Both the position numbers and the translations under genes were made by a program. This document shows, piece after piece, positions 27,997 through 38,229 of a stretch of 64,000 bases of DNA; positions within the stretch are counted from its first letter, which is position 1; each line of letters starts with the position of its first letter. The notes beneath the pieces were generated by a model. The model searched no databases. It was given only the letters and a program-made list of their open reading frames with translations, and had not been told where the DNA came from. Source of the DNA: Candidatus Saccharimonadota bacterium (GTDB taxonomy: Bacteria > Patescibacteriota > Saccharimonadia > Saccharimonadales > SZUA-47). The stretch spans positions 975-64,974 of the forward strand of contig JAYSZA010000043.1 in assembly GCA_043727115.1 (NCBI GenBank), read 5' to 3'.

Positions 27997-28527
27997 TTAC
28001 TGAATCTCCAGAGAACTTGATGCACTACCATAATAATTATTTGATTTATACGAAACCACGACATCCCATTTACCACTTAGGTTGAAGTTATCCTGACTAA
28101 TATCTTCTATATTGCAGATAGTACTACTTGCATCTGGGTAGGCAGGTGCCTTAAAAGTTTCTTCTTCTCCATCTTTACTAAAAACAACAGTACATTCTCC
28201 TTCTTGAAGGGTCTGTGGCATAAATGCTCGCACCTCTATGAAATCACCATACTGACCAGCGTCTGCTATGACAACGGTGACATTGACCGGAGAACTTGCA
28301 GTGCTACTTGGCTTTTGCTGAGCGACACTTGGTTGATCGTCCTTGATGTCATTACCTGCCTGAACTTCAATTGCGGTAGGCGGATTATAATTTATACTAT
28401 CAGTTTCAGCGGTTTTGGTGGGGGTATTCTTCTCAGACATCGTAAAAAAAGCAACAATACCAAAAATTAAAATGACTAGAATTAGAAGAGACAAATATAC
28501 CACAGATTTTTTTGAAGTTTTATACAT
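27997..28527 (-). CDS. hypothetical N-terminally anchored small exported protein
   Basis: 176 aa. A TM segment (VVYLSLLILVILIFGIVAFF) precedes an extracytoplasmic domain with two Cys. The gene is 5 nt downstream of the large repeat protein. Confidence 0.5.
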   Translation of the reverse strand: MYKTSKKSVVYLSLLILVILIFGIVAFFTMSEKNTPTKTAETDSINYNPPTAIEVQAGNDIKDDQPSVAQQKPSSTASSPVNVTVVIADAGQYGDFIEVRAFMPQTLQEGECTVVFSKDGEEETFKAPAYPDASSTICNIEDISQDNFNLSGKWDVVVSYKSNNYYGSASSSLEIQ

Positions 28528-28622
28528 ATGTTTATTTTAACACTAACGCTTATAACTTATTTATATTATCATAATTATTAACTTTAGTCCAGTTCGCTAC
28601 ATTTTCTGTATAATAAACTGAG

Positions 28623-29966
28623 ATGTTAAAAAAAATAATGTTCTTTATAAAGGTTAATCCACAGTATCTTATATATACATACTGGCTTTTAATAGTTGGT
28701 TTTATTGCATTTGCGATTGATTATGCAATAGTTCCCGACGAGGCGGTTCACTTTACTGCTGTAGAGTATTATTCTAGACACACACCAAACCCTTTCCTGT
28801 CTGAACAATCAGACTCATTTAATGCAGGACAGCTTACTAGACTCGGTTCGTATATTTATTACTATCTTATGGGTTTTGTCTATAACTTTGGTATTTTCAT
28901 AAACAAAAATCCGCTCATACTCGTAAGACTTCTAAGTGCTTTATTTAGCCTAGGGACATTAATCTACCTAAATAAAATCGCAGACCTATTAAGGGTTGAG
29001 AAAAAAATAAAGCTTGCAGCGTTGTTTTTGATTGCAAACTTACCGATGTTTCTAATAATATCAGCAGGTGTAAATTACGATTCACTTTCAATATTTGTAT
29101 CAACGCTAATCGCATACCATTTTATCCAACTTTCTAAGAAGTTTACTGTATATCGTAGTCTTATCCTGTTTAATTTGATTATCTTGGCACCGCTTGTTAA
29201 ATTTTCTCTTGCACCAATTTCTCTTGTAGCTGTCGCATCATACGCCATATTGTTTTTTACACGGGCTAAATCCAAGAAAAAAAACAAAAATATTAAAACA
29301 AAAGAAAAAATTATAATCTCAAGTCTACTCATAGCTTTAGTAATTATTTCAGGGATACTCATTGAGAGGTATGTAATAAACTACATTGATTATGGTGTAT
29401 TTAACCCCGTATGCGATCAAGTTTTAACAAAAGAACAATGCGCAAGTAATTTTGTTTACCAAAGAGATCAGCAGTATATTGACGCACAACTTCAGCAGCC
29501 AACTATAAACTACATTCACTACACAGCTCAGTGGTTACAGATAATGAATGCGCGTACGTATGGAGTGCTTGCTCATAACAATTTCATTGATAACTACACA
29601 GTTATTTATACTGGACTTCTTATTTCTATAGTGCTTGTACTTATGTTTATTCGTAGGTTTATGTTAACTAGAAAAAACATGTACATTGCAGTTGTAGCAG
29701 TATTCTACACCGCAGTTTTAATTTATGTGAATGCTGGTGGGTATGAGCGTTCGCAGCAAATTGGGCTTGCCGTTCAGGGAAGGTACTTATTTCCAGTAGC
29801 ATTTATCTTCACACTATTGACACTATCCTTGTATACCAAGGAATTTAATAAAATTAGAGCTAGTTTCGCGTATAAACTACTTATAATTTTGTTGATAACG
29901 TTTGCACTATTAGCCGGACCGTTTAATCTATATTACGGAACAAATAGCACATGGTGGTTTAGATAA
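28623..29966 (+). CDS. polytopic membrane protein, DUF2142-like (putative GT-C type glycosyltransferase), paralog of 34452-35921
   Basis: 447 aa with about 11 TM segments. N-terminal loop VPDEAVHFTAVEYY. The C-terminus QGRYLFPVAFIFTLLTLSLY parallels the 34452 paralog. Confidence 0.5.
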   Translation: MLKKIMFFIKVNPQYLIYTYWLLIVGFIAFAIDYAIVPDEAVHFTAVEYYSRHTPNPFLSEQSDSFNAGQLTRLGSYIYYYLMGFVYNFGIFINKNPLILVRLLSALFSLGTLIYLNKIADLLRVEKKIKLAALFLIANLPMFLIISAGVNYDSLSIFVSTLIAYHFIQLSKKFTVYRSLILFNLIILAPLVKFSLAPISLVAVASYAILFFTRAKSKKKNKNIKTKEKIIISSLLIALVIISGILIERYVINYIDYGVFNPVCDQVLTKEQCASNFVYQRDQQYIDAQLQQPTINYIHYTAQWLQIMNARTYGVLAHNNFIDNYTVIYTGLLISIVLVLMFIRRFMLTRKNMYIAVVAVFYTAVLIYVNAGGYERSQQIGLAVQGRYLFPVAFIFTLLTLSLYTKEFNKIRASFAYKLLIILLITFALLAGPFNLYYGTNSTWWFR

Positions 29967-30069
29967 TACTAGCCGATGTGTCAAAGATCCAGTATTAAAA
30001 CTTCAAGTACTTGCTTTTAGTAAAACTATATTTTGAGTGATTGGGTATAGACTGTAAACTGTGAACAAC

Positions 30070-31155
30070 ATGAAAAAAAATAGTAAAGTTTGCGTTGTTA
30101 CTTGTTACCGCCAGCCAAACTATGTAAGAGCCGTTGTGCTGCGTAAGTCAGTTGAAGCATCTGGATTTGAGTTGATTGTAGTAAAGAATAGGTACACAAG
30201 TATACTTAGATACCCAGAGGTTGCTATAAAACTGTTAATTTCAAGGTTTAAAAACAACCCAGACACGTATCTGGTTACGTTTAGAGGCTATGAAATCCTA
30301 CCCCTAGTACTAATAATTGGGATTGGTAAAAACATAATATTTGATGAGTTTATTAATTTGAGCGAATGGTTATTTTATGAGCACAAAATAATTCCCCCTA
30401 AATCACTGATTGCAAAGTGTTTTACAGGCTTGAATGCCTGGATTATGAATAAATCAGACGTCATCCTGGCTGACACGAGTTGTCACGCGAAGTTTAGTTC
30501 GAACCTAACAGGGATATCGAGAGAGAAGTATAGGGTTGTTCCAGTAAGTGCCGATGAGAGCATATTTTATCAACATATAAAAAAAACGAGCCTAAAACAT
30601 AAAGAATTCAAAGTGTTTTTTTATGGTTCAATGCTTCCACTGCATGGCTTGAAGTATATTCTTGAGTCAGCGGTAGATTTAAGTTCGTACAGACAAATTA
30701 AATTCGTTATTGTAGGGGGCAAGAATAAAACCCGCAAGTTGGTTGATGAGCATATACTGTTTGGAGCCCGTATCGAGTATATCGACTGGGTTCCCATAGA
30801 TAAACTCCCTGCATTAATAAATGATAGCGAACTTTGCTTGAGTGGCCCTTTTGGCGACACGGTACAGTCAAAACAGGTTATTACAGGCAAGACGTATCAA
30901 TTTATAGCAATGGGAAGGGTAGTGGTCATGGGTAGGATTGATAATATGAGTGGTTTTGAGGATAAGGTCAACTCTTTAATTATTGACCAGGGATCCTCTG
31001 CGAAACTGACTGAATCTATACTTTGGGCATATAAAAACAGAGACAAACTTAATGGTATTGAACTGAAGGCGAGACTACTCTACGATAATAAATATTCAAA
31101 TGAAGCGACAGCGAAAGTCATGAAGAAGATCTTGATGAACTTAGTTTTTGCTTGA
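30070..31155 (+). CDS. GT-B fold glycosyltransferase (GT1/GT4-like)
   Basis: The ORF track starts at GTG 30061; ATG 30070 (MKKNSKV) is preferred. The C-terminal half resembles a GT-B nucleotide-binding domain. Confidence 0.5.
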   Translation: MKKNSKVCVVTCYRQPNYVRAVVLRKSVEASGFELIVVKNRYTSILRYPEVAIKLLISRFKNNPDTYLVTFRGYEILPLVLIIGIGKNIIFDEFINLSEWLFYEHKIIPPKSLIAKCFTGLNAWIMNKSDVILADTSCHAKFSSNLTGISREKYRVVPVSADESIFYQHIKKTSLKHKEFKVFFYGSMLPLHGLKYILESAVDLSSYRQIKFVIVGGKNKTRKLVDEHILFGARIEYIDWVPIDKLPALINDSELCLSGPFGDTVQSKQVITGKTYQFIAMGRVVVMGRIDNMSGFEDKVNSLIIDQGSSAKLTESILWAYKNRDKLNGIELKARLLYDNKYSNEATAKVMKKILMNLVFA

Positions 31156-31996
31156 AATGTAGACTACTTGAAAGAACAAAAAGCCCCAGCAAGAATAGAA
31201 AGTATATTGATCGATCCAAAACACTCGCTGCAATTACTTGTTCGCTTGGGATTTTATGTAGTGACTGCGAAAGTAGTATGAATGATTCCCTGATTCCTAT
31301 AGCCCCCGGTGTAAATGCCACAAAGAGAGCTAGATTCGCACTACCAGTGTAGGTTATTACCGATACTACACTAGGGCTAGGACCAACAACACCTATTTCA
31401 ATGTAGTATATTATGGTAACCAATGCTAGCTGTGATGCTGTGATGAAAAATATCTTGTTAATTATGTTATATGAATAGCCAAATACTGAACCTTTAGTAC
31501 GTGCAATTATCAGGCAGGCTACAACTCCAAGTGACGATAGAAGTAAAATTATTGGTTTGCTAGAAAATAGCATAATTAAACTTAAAACACCAAAAGCTAC
31601 ATAATAGACAACACTTACAAGGGAGTAGTCTTTAATTTTTATACCGTGTTTAGCTTTTAGGTATACAGCTCTATAACCTGGCCCACTTTGTAGGGGTCCA
31701 AAAAAATTCACAAGCGTTGAATATGCCGTCAGTAAGCCGGTTTCATAAAAAGATATTTCCTTTTTAAAATACTGAACTGTAGCTTTTGTAAGCATGAGAT
31801 TGGAAGAAAGGAAGAGGATGTACAGTAAAAGAATTAAACATAGTACTAAGATATTTATATTAGACAGAGGTTCCAATGCTCCAGGATTGTTTTTTATATA
31901 AAATACAAATGACAGAGAAAACAATACAAATAAAGTATAGCCAATATTTTTTCTTACGCGCTTATTTGTTAGTAGACTTAAAATTCTTTTTTTCAC
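31118..31996 (-). CDS. UPF0104/LPG-synthase-TM family flippase-like membrane protein
   Basis: 292 aa, 8 TM. The C-terminal motif TPGAIGIRESFILL matches the family-conserved TPGGLGVxE. Confidence 0.6.
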   Translation of the reverse strand: MKKRILSLLTNKRVRKNIGYTLFVLFSLSFVFYIKNNPGALEPLSNINILVLCLILLLYILFLSSNLMLTKATVQYFKKEISFYETGLLTAYSTLVNFFGPLQSGPGYRAVYLKAKHGIKIKDYSLVSVVYYVAFGVLSLIMLFSSKPIILLLSSLGVVACLIIARTKGSVFGYSYNIINKIFFITASQLALVTIIYYIEIGVVGPSPSVVSVITYTGSANLALFVAFTPGAIGIRESFILLSQSLHKIPSEQVIAASVLDRSIYFLFLLGLFVLSSSLHFKQKLSSSRSSS

Positions 31997-32741
31997 AGAG
32001 AACCAGGTACCCTTCTGAAAGATCTGAACTGTTAAATAGTTTACTAAACCAATAGAACGGTGTGATAAATATTTCTAGATCAAATTTGTATAAGAAACTA
32101 GGCGGTTTTACTGGGTTCACTCCACTGGCTTGTGTTCTAGTTTTCATATCCTTACGAGAAAGTCCGTTCTTATCTTTTGCCAGCACTCTTCTTAAATACC
32201 TAACTATGTCCGTAAAAGGAAAGCCATAGTTAGCAAAATTAACCACATTTAATTCACTAGATTCCAATAGTTTTTTGAGACCGTCTCTTTCGTATCTCCT
32301 GTAGTGACCAACCATCGTGTCCCATTCGTCAAAAAGTTTTTCTTTAGCAGGAACTGAAATAATGACGTATCTATTTGATAGTGCAACGAGTGTTTTGAGG
32401 AGTGCTCTGTCATCCTCTACATGCTCTAACACTTCGCAACTTATAACAAGATCGTATTTTTCTTTTCCCACTAGCTTGAAAGCATCTTGTTTTTTGAATT
32501 CAAGCGCTGTTTCACTAATCCCATATTTATCACGTAACGTATTGCCGGTTTCGATCGCTTTATCTGAGAAGTCTACGCCTTTTCCTGTTTTACCGAGACT
32601 TGCGATCGAACAGTCTAGTTCTCCAGCTCCACAGCCTACATCAATAAATGATTCGAAATCAATATTTTTTATCCACGACAAAATGTTCTTTTTTCTAAAT
32701 AAATAACGCGGTGCTTTAAAGAATGTATTATTTTTCGACAT
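31962..32741 (-). CDS. class I SAM-dependent methyltransferase
   Basis: Motif I IDVGCGAGELDCSIA, with the post-I acidic residue (VDFSD) and motif II YDLVISCEVLEHVED. Confidence 0.8.
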   Translation of the reverse strand: MSKNNTFFKAPRYLFRKKNILSWIKNIDFESFIDVGCGAGELDCSIASLGKTGKGVDFSDKAIETGNTLRDKYGISETALEFKKQDAFKLVGKEKYDLVISCEVLEHVEDDRALLKTLVALSNRYVIISVPAKEKLFDEWDTMVGHYRRYERDGLKKLLESSELNVVNFANYGFPFTDIVRYLRRVLAKDKNGLSRKDMKTRTQASGVNPVKPPSFLYKFDLEIFITPFYWFSKLFNSSDLSEGYLVLCEKKNFKSTNK

Positions 32742-32839
32742 TACTATTAATCATACAGCAAAGTTGTTAATTCAATTAAGAAATGTGTTGTGTAAAATTA
32801 CTAAAAAGTAATTTTTAGAGATATTTCTGGCATATTATG

Positions 32840-34339
32840 TTATTTGTAAATAAAAAAGTCTAATAATGGGTTCATTGGAGGCTCAATCATGGTTAATATA
32901 GTCGGGCTATTGCTTATCTGAAGTAAACTGTTATGGTCAAGATATTGCCAGAGCCATGTTTGCGCGAGATCACCTGCGGTTACCTGTTCTCTTCCGGAGT
33001 ATGTATATTCTGAATTGATATCGTCAGATTTTCCTGAATATGTTCTTCCATCTATAAATCTTGATTGCATATCGTTTTGCCGTTCTAGGTGGAGCTTCAT
33101 CCATGTTTCTGCATTAAATTTTTTATCAAGTTCCGCAGAATTTGCAAACACATCGAGCGCGAGATAGTTCGAAATACGGCCAGTCCCCCAGTCGTTTCCT
33201 TCAGGGAAATATATCTCGTAAGATCCTGGTGTGTAAACAGTCCCACCTGGTAAGGCATATTGAGGCGATGAATAATTGTTGAATATGAAAGATGAGTATA
33301 TTAAATCAGCATTCCATGATGATAGCAATAATCCTTGTCTACCAGCTAAATTTGTTAGTTGAACCCCGTTTAATTTAAGCGAAATATTACCCATGTATTC
33401 AGGTGACAATATACTATGGTTAATTACCGTACCGTCATCATGTACGTTCCATCCGTTAATCCATTCTTTTAGCGGTTTACCGTTTACTAGTTCTTCTGAA
33501 TCCGCGTCGGATTGTCGAGCATATGAGGCTATTTGAAGTTCAGCTTCAGCCGCCCTCCATTTATGTGCGTTTTTGTGTGTAGGCATCATTACTTTTGCAA
33601 TGCTAAGTACTGTTGAGTTCCATGCGTTCTCTTCCGCTTTAGTGTCACCAGGTGTAAGTATAACGTCGTCAGATGTTGCGTAGTAGGCGACCAAATCATT
33701 ACCCTTCGAGAGCTGGTAGTTAGCTTCACTTTCTACCACCATAGCAACAATTTGTCGTTCAGACGGAGTAAGATCGTCGTATAGTAACCATCCAGCTGTA
33801 CCAAAGTAAAACGCCCAATAAGAACTTTGCCAGCTATGGCCCCAAGTATCACCTTTGTTGCCGTTGTGAACCACGTGTTTTAGCGAAGCTCCTAGCAGTA
33901 GTTGTTTTGCGCGTATAATTGCGGATTTTTCTGATATACCAACCTCTTTTTCTACGTATGCACCGGTCTTAACCGCAACCGCAACCGCATAAGATGCTGT
34001 AGAGATTGCTCGTTGATCTATACCATTTGGTTTTATAGGTCCCGTTTGATTACCGAAACAGTAGGGATACCAGGTTTTAAGTGTGTATTTAATGCTATTT
34101 GAAAAACTCAATCGTATAGATTTGTTTATTTTTCCAGTAGGTCTAGCTAAATTAATGTTCTTTGGCGGACTGATTGAAAGACTAGAATCGATTTCTGGTG
34201 GGTTGGGATTGGATCCAGAGACTCTAGTATGGGGACATTCGATGGGGGGTTCAACAGATAGAGCTACACCTGGAGCAGTATTTAAGGTAGTCGCCAGCAT
34301 CACTACGCATAAGCACAGTATTTTTTTTATTGAAATCAT
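32840..34339 (-). CDS. secreted hypothetical protein (possibly glycan-modifying)
   Basis: Start taken at MISIKKILCLCVVMLATT (signal peptide); the ORF track begins at GTG 34360. The mature ~480-aa domain is rich in aromatic residues. No catalytic motif was assigned. Confidence 0.5.
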   Translation of the reverse strand: MISIKKILCLCVVMLATTLNTAPGVALSVEPPIECPHTRVSGSNPNPPEIDSSLSISPPKNINLARPTGKINKSIRLSFSNSIKYTLKTWYPYCFGNQTGPIKPNGIDQRAISTASYAVAVAVKTGAYVEKEVGISEKSAIIRAKQLLLGASLKHVVHNGNKGDTWGHSWQSSYWAFYFGTAGWLLYDDLTPSERQIVAMVVESEANYQLSKGNDLVAYYATSDDVILTPGDTKAEENAWNSTVLSIAKVMMPTHKNAHKWRAAEAELQIASYARQSDADSEELVNGKPLKEWINGWNVHDDGTVINHSILSPEYMGNISLKLNGVQLTNLAGRQGLLLSSWNADLIYSSFIFNNYSSPQYALPGGTVYTPGSYEIYFPEGNDWGTGRISNYLALDVFANSAELDKKFNAETWMKLHLERQNDMQSRFIDGRTYSGKSDDINSEYTYSGREQVTAGDLAQTWLWQYLDHNSLLQISNSPTILTMIEPPMNPLLDFFIYK

Positions 34340-34451
34340 AATTATAATTTTCTCACACACCGTGACGTATATCTATCACATTGAGTAGAATATTTTGGAG
34401 TTTACATATAAATTTAGAAAATGACTCATTTGGCTGTAATATTAAGATTAT

Positions 34452-35921
34452 ATGTCATGGAGAAATACACTAAGATCGTTGTTTAAGAGTAATTATTTTT
34501 ATATATTTATTATAGTATCTTTTATTTTATCTAGTCTTTTCGTAGCTACAATTACAAAATTTGATGTACCTCATGATGAAAGGTATCATTTTACGCTTGT
34601 GAAGCGTTTTGTGCATGAGGTAGACCCGTTTATAAACGAATTTGTAAGTGGTGATGAATTCTTCGGAGACATACAACGGAATCCTTCAATTATGTATCAC
34701 TACTTATTAAGTAAGCCTTTATATGTAGTAGAGAACATATCTCAGAATGAAGTACATCAAATATTATTTTTGCGACTGGTCAACATAATTATTGCAGTAA
34801 TTTCACTTGTTGTCGTCAGGAAATTAGCTCTAAAAGTATCTAGCTCAAAAGCCATTGCTAATCTTGTCATGGGAATGACAGCTTATAGTACGATATTTAT
34901 TTTTATATCAAGTGCGATATCTTATGATAATTTATTTGTTTTACTATTCCTCCTCTCATTCTATTTCTCAGTTGATCTAATTGAAAATAAAAATAAACCT
35001 AGATCTTTTTTTATACTTCTGGCTATATGTTTGTTTGGTTCATTGGTTAAGCAATCGTTCTTAATATTTGGCTTTTTGTATGCAGTATTTTTTATATTCC
35101 TATACTTTAAGACAGGTGTACGCTTAATAAAGCACCCGAAAAACGGCTTCTTTTTATATAGCGTAATTTTATTGGGAAAATTCACAAAAACAAATAAAAT
35201 CCTTGTTGTGTGCACTCTGATACTCGTAGGGATGTTTATGGAGCGTTATGGCATTAATGTGATTAGATATGGAACCCCACTGCCAGACTGTAGTCAAGTA
35301 CACACACTCGATGTATGTAATGAGTGGCCAGCGTATGCTAGGAACACTAATCTAAAGCAAACACTCGAAAGTCGGTCGATCAGCATGAACTTCCTGGGAT
35401 ACGCGGATTATTGGCTAGATGAAATAAGGGGCAGGACAAATGGTGTATATACTGGTTGGGATGTGAAGCATGACACGTTACTAATTAGATTGTTCATGTT
35501 GTTTTCACCGATTGTTACGTTTTATCTATTGATTGTTAACAATAAAAAATACAAAAAACTAAAATGGATAATTTTAGCAATATTTATAACAGTTGGTTTT
35601 TCCGCATTTCTGCTGCTACATAACTACACTTCATATATTAATTACAGGCATCCTGTCGCTATACAGGCTAGGTATTTGATGCCGGTACTCCCGATTATCT
35701 ACCTAACTATCATTTTTGTCATTAGTAAATCAATAAAAACAAAATCTGGTCAATCTTTGTTCTATACTATTGTTGCGGTTTGCTTCCTGACTTCAGGTAT
35801 TATTTCGTACATTCAGCTCACGAGTGGCCCGTGGTATAGAAGTGATAAACGAGTAGACTCATTGGTGCGTACCTCTAAGAGATTGGTAAGACCACTTAAC
35901 GTACTAATCGTTAAAGACTAA
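34452..35921 (+). CDS. polytopic membrane protein, DUF2142-like, paralog of 28623-29966
   Basis: 489 aa with about 12 TM segments. N-terminal loop FDVPHDERYHFTLVKRF and C-terminal QARYLMPVLPIIYLTIIFVI are shared with the paralog. Confidence 0.5.
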   Translation: MSWRNTLRSLFKSNYFYIFIIVSFILSSLFVATITKFDVPHDERYHFTLVKRFVHEVDPFINEFVSGDEFFGDIQRNPSIMYHYLLSKPLYVVENISQNEVHQILFLRLVNIIIAVISLVVVRKLALKVSSSKAIANLVMGMTAYSTIFIFISSAISYDNLFVLLFLLSFYFSVDLIENKNKPRSFFILLAICLFGSLVKQSFLIFGFLYAVFFIFLYFKTGVRLIKHPKNGFFLYSVILLGKFTKTNKILVVCTLILVGMFMERYGINVIRYGTPLPDCSQVHTLDVCNEWPAYARNTNLKQTLESRSISMNFLGYADYWLDEIRGRTNGVYTGWDVKHDTLLIRLFMLFSPIVTFYLLIVNNKKYKKLKWIILAIFITVGFSAFLLLHNYTSYINYRHPVAIQARYLMPVLPIIYLTIIFVISKSIKTKSGQSLFYTIVAVCFLTSGIISYIQLTSGPWYRSDKRVDSLVRTSKRLVRPLNVLIVKD

Positions 35922-35942
35922 TAGTGTATTAGAATATTTTGA

Positions 35943-37217
35943 TTATATACCTATGCCTAAATAGGTAACGTTAGATTCTTCGCATTGTTTTTTTAACTCT
36001 GAGTGTTTGTTTCTGCCGTCTAGAAAAACCTGCGATGATTCAATTTTTTCTAGTGTAATGTTTTTAAATTCATCATGTGCTGTTGCTAAAACAATCACGT
36101 CTTGGTTTTCAAGAATTTCATCCAACGACGCATGGGTAGATTTATCGGGGAAGTATGGATCATAAGTAGATATTTCTGCATTACGTTCTTTGAGCGTGCT
36201 TATAACAGTTTTTGAGGGGCTTTCACGATCGTCACCTACATTTGCCTTGTAAGAAAGTCCTAATATGGCTACTCTTTTATTCTTTAAGCTACCCAAACCC
36301 TTTTCAATAAGTGTTTTTTCGACTGTGTCGATGGCATAGATTGGCATGTTTTCATTGATTGAACGTGCTAATTTCAAGAAATGATGATCAAAGCCGCGGC
36401 CTTTTGCATATTCAATTAGGTAGTAAGGATCAACCGGTATACAGTGGCCACCAACGCCAATTCCCGGATAATGGGCCATGAAAGCGAACGGTTTTGTTGC
36501 GGCGCCATCTATGACATTCACTACATTTATACCAAGTTTTTCAAAAGACATCGCCAGCTCATTAACGAATGCGATATTGATATCTCTAAATGAATTTTCT
36601 ACAATTTTTACTGCTTCTGCTTCTTTAAGATTACTCATTTTTTTAATTTTTGCGTTAACTAAAGTAGAGTAGAATTCGTATGCAATTTCTAACGCCTCGT
36701 TAGAGTTTGCGCCTAGGACGCGGTTAATATTGCCAACATGCCATTTTGAGTCGCCTGGGTTAATGCGCTCTGGGCAGTGTGCGATATGAAGCGTTTTGCC
36801 TATCTTGTGATTCGTAGCCGATTCGATCGCCGGAATTATTACTTCGTCACATACGCCTGGGTTAATCGTTGACTCTATGACAAGCAATGACCCATCTTTA
36901 AGATTTTTTGCAGCGCTTACCGAGGCGTTTGTGACAATAGACAGATCGGGTATTTTATTGGCGTCAACAGGTGTGGGGACGCAAATAATTGCTATGTCTA
37001 CGTTAGAAATACTTGAAAAATCATCGGTGAATCTGATTTTACTTTTTTGAAGTCTATTTTCTGCTTCAGCATCATCAATTGGTGATATTTTTTTTATAAG
37101 TTGTGCTAGTTTTTTCTTGCTTTGGTCCACTCCAACAACTTGAAATCCTTTTTCTTCGGCCAATAGAGCAAGTGGCAATCCGACATAACCAAGCCCAATA
37201 ATTGCAATGTTTTTCAC
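35943..37217 (-). CDS. nucleotide-sugar dehydrogenase (UDP-glucose/GDP-mannose dehydrogenase family)
   Basis: N-terminal Rossmann motif IAIIGLGYVGLPLA. GHCIPVDP contains the family's catalytic Cys region. SYKANVGDDRESPS is the C-terminal UDP-binding motif. Confidence 0.85.
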   Translation of the reverse strand: MKNIAIIGLGYVGLPLALLAEEKGFQVVGVDQSKKKLAQLIKKISPIDDAEAENRLQKSKIRFTDDFSSISNVDIAIICVPTPVDANKIPDLSIVTNASVSAAKNLKDGSLLVIESTINPGVCDEVIIPAIESATNHKIGKTLHIAHCPERINPGDSKWHVGNINRVLGANSNEALEIAYEFYSTLVNAKIKKMSNLKEAEAVKIVENSFRDINIAFVNELAMSFEKLGINVVNVIDGAATKPFAFMAHYPGIGVGGHCIPVDPYYLIEYAKGRGFDHHFLKLARSINENMPIYAIDTVEKTLIEKGLGSLKNKRVAILGLSYKANVGDDRESPSKTVISTLKERNAEISTYDPYFPDKSTHASLDEILENQDVIVLATAHDEFKNITLEKIESSQVFLDGRNKHSELKKQCEESNVTYLGIGI

Positions 37218-37260
37218 TTACACTAGATTATAACCTAAATAACAGATACAATACAGTGTA

Positions 37261-38229
37261 ATGAAGTTAGTAATTTTTACCATCTGTAAAGATGAGGCTG
37301 GAACCATAGCTGAGCTATTAAATAGAATGCCCAAGAAAATTCATGGTGTTTCGACTATTGAAACGCTAGTAGTTAGTGATGGGAGTACGGACGATACAGT
37401 TAAGATTGCACAACAAAAAGGTGCAACAGATGTAATTGAAGGAATAAAACAAAAGAGATTAGCATACAGATTCCAACAAGCAATAGATAGAGCCCTCACT
37501 ATGGGTGCAGATTATGTGGTCAATATAGATGGTGATTTACAGTTCTCACCAGAAGATATCCCCAAGCTCCTTAAGCCTATCATTGAAGGCAAGGCTGACT
37601 TTGTAGCAGCAGACAGGTTTACGGACATAGAAACTGGCACTAGACGAAGGCCAGTGAACATGCCAAAAGCAAAATATTGGGCCAACCGACTTGGCGCATG
37701 GATAGTTGGTAATCTTTCAGGAGAATCTTTCCGTGATGTTACATGCGGGTTTAGAGCCTATAACAAAAAAGCAATGATAGCAATAAATATCAACAGCAAC
37801 TACACATATACTCAAGAGTCATTCCAGGTGTTAGCTTTAAAGAAGCTGAATATTGTGTCTATGCCGATAGATGTAAAATATTATCCCGGCAGAAAAAGTA
37901 GGGTTGTGCGTAGTTTTTGGCAATTTCTTTTCGGAAGTGCACTAAATATACTTCGTGCGTACAGGGATTATGCTCCGCTAAGATTTTTTGGAACATTGAG
38001 CCTTGTTACGATAATTCCAGGATTGTTATTAGGATCGTTCGTGTCGTTTAACTGGGCATCGACGGGAAGTATTAGTCCTTATATTGCATTTGGAATAATG
38101 TCTCTATTTATGACCTCTATTGGTCTTGCATTTGGAATATTAGGGCTTGTTGCTGATATGTTTGATCGAATGTTGAACAATCAAGAAAAAATTATAGAAG
38201 AACTAAAAACACAAAAATATAAAAAATAG
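37261..38229 (+). CDS. GT2 glycosyltransferase with C-terminal TM helices (polyprenyl-phosphate glycosyltransferase-like)
   Basis: VVSDGSTDDT, NIDGDLQFSP (DxD). Two C-terminal TM segments as in GtrB/ArnC. Confidence 0.75.
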   Translation: MKLVIFTICKDEAGTIAELLNRMPKKIHGVSTIETLVVSDGSTDDTVKIAQQKGATDVIEGIKQKRLAYRFQQAIDRALTMGADYVVNIDGDLQFSPEDIPKLLKPIIEGKADFVAADRFTDIETGTRRRPVNMPKAKYWANRLGAWIVGNLSGESFRDVTCGFRAYNKKAMIAININSNYTYTQESFQVLALKKLNIVSMPIDVKYYPGRKSRVVRSFWQFLFGSALNILRAYRDYAPLRFFGTLSLVTIIPGLLLGSFVSFNWASTGSISPYIAFGIMSLFMTSIGLAFGILGLVADMFDRMLNNQEKIIEELKTQKYKK

